Source: Pelagomonas calceolata (Eukaryota). From it: a stretch of 64,000 bases of DNA. Shown one piece after another: positions 62,750 through 64,000 of this stretch. The DNA lies in NCBI GenBank assembly GCA_918797485.1, contig CAKKNE010000004.1, positions 3,162,001 to 3,226,000 of the forward strand, in the 5' to 3' direction. The position numbers and the translations under genes are program-made. Every line of letters starts with the position of its first letter. Positions within the stretch are counted from its first letter, which is position 1. A model generated the notes under the pieces. The model did no database searches and was not told the DNA's origin. It saw nothing but the letters and a program-made list of their open reading frames with translations.

Positions 62750-62856
62750 CCTGGAGTCATCGAACCCTTACGCATGGATCGCAGACGAAGGATTTGGGCT
62801 GCCCGATGCAGTGACGGCGTGTTTAGGCCACCAAAAAAGCAGGCTTGTCGGAATTC

Positions 62857-62879
62857 CTAGTGTCTTACCGGCCGCTAGC
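62857..62879 (-). promoter_or_regulatory. Recurrent CTAG-bounded intergenic motif
   Basis: ctagtgtcttaccggccgctagc, ~110 bp upstream of the GT32 ATG. Confidence 0.6.
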
Positions 62880-62974
62880 AAAGCCGTGCACAAACTATAT
62901 TCGCGCCAAACTTCAGGCAATTTTAACTGGCCCTAGCCGAATGAGAAAATTGTGCGCGGACATAACAAATCACA

Positions 62975-64000
62975 TCAATAAAGGTCGACGCTCCGCCCCG
63001 CGAAAGCCGCGTCGACGGCCTCGACGAGCTCGCCGAGGATCGCCTCGACCAGCCCGGGCGAAAAGCAGAAGTGCGTGCAGTCGCGGCCGCCCGGGTGCAA
63101 GTCCCAGAGCGGCTGCGTGAGCTCGTGGAGCCGGAGCATGCGCAGCCGCGGCGTCGGTCCGCCGGTGCGGTTCCCCTGGGCCGCGCGGAAGGCGTCCCAG
63201 GCGACGGCGTTGCGCCAGCCCGTGTCGAGCTCCGCCTCGGGGTGCTGCCGTCCCGCGCCGTGGCAGGACGCGTTGTGGAACGACGCCGGCACGCAGTTGT
63301 AGTGCGCGATGGGGCGCGCGCTGGATTTCATCCCAGATGCGAAGTAGCCGCCCGTCGTCGTCGCCTGTGTGGAAATCAAAATTTTACGGCGCGTTCCTCC
63401 ACGCCATCGACGCGACGCCTGCTCGATGGCGTGGCGATGCCGGTTCCGCTCGACCGAGCCACGACGGCCGCGTCATGCACCCGACGCACTGGTTGATTTC
63501 CACACAGATCGTCGCGAAGTGCTGGGCCGTCGTTTCCGCGTACAGGGCGACCGCGCCCGCGTCGACGGCCTCCATGAGGACGGAAAAGATGACCTTGAGG
63601 TGCGCCGCCAGCTCCGCGTGGTCGTGGTGGTGCAGCCCCATGTTCGCCACGAAGACAGTTTGGGAAGAGGCCGCGCCCACCACGCCCCGCTGCCACGCCT
63701 CGTTTTCGGTGGACGGTATTATAGGAGCCCCCGCTGGAAGCAGGCTTCGACGAGCGACGCCCAACTCATCGAAGGGACTGAAGCCGCAGTACTCTTGGCT
63801 CGTCTCGACGATCTGCCGCGCCACGGAGTCGCCCATCCACCGGACCAGAGTAATGTCGCGGCGCGCCCGCATCTCACGATACGCTCCGCAACGATTGGTC
63901 GCGTTGGGCCCGGGGAGCCAGCTCGGCCACGCGTAGGTCGACTTACGCGCCCGCAGCGCGGGCCAGCCCTCGTGCGGCCGGTTCGGTACCGCGTTCACGA
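62975..64000 (-). CDS. SGNH/PC-esterase (TBL-like) O-acetyltransferase or esterase; 5'-truncated, intron 63365-63515
   Basis: WMGDSVARQ, NMGLH, TAQHF|ATTTGGY, DCTHFC. Confidence 0.8.
63365..63515 (-). mobile_element. Introner intron (151 nt, GC-AG)
   Basis: Perfect 15-bp TIR; TSD gtcgtcgc/atcgtcgc; removal joins the two ORFs in phase 0. Confidence 0.92.

Noticed and set aside
1118..62879. Recurrent motif or introner TIRs as CRISPR repeats
   Set aside because: Copies are kilobases apart rather than arrayed with spacers, there are no cas genes, and the context is eukaryotic.

Overview
Gene-dense, GC-rich eukaryotic DNA with about 38 compact protein-coding genes on both strands and few introns. 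Signal-peptide-plus-transit plastid presequences (LHCX, FabG, ABC1K, FNT), a high CpG content and TIR/TSD-type introner introns suggest a pelagophyte alga (Pelagomonas/Aureococcus-like); this is an inference. Highlights: (1) one intronless ORF fusing two bacterial-type queuosine enzymes, QueA and QueH, behind a mitochondrial-like presequence (29828-31975); eukaryotes are generally considered to salvage queuine only. (2) An ATAD3-like AAA ATPase with a signal peptide and an N-terminal Peptidase S74/MYRF-type autocleaving chaperone domain (1217-4729). (3) A dispersed ~23-bp CTAG-bounded motif (GCTAGC-Nn-GTAAGACACTAGC) found once in most promoter-containing intergenic gaps and not seen between convergent genes. 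(4) A family of MITE-like introner introns (15-bp TIR CTGTGTGGAAATCAA, 8-bp TSD, GT or GC donor taken from the TSD) in both orientations and several stages of decay. No rRNA, tRNA or CRISPR array was recognised. All calls come from motif recognition by eye; no database search was run.
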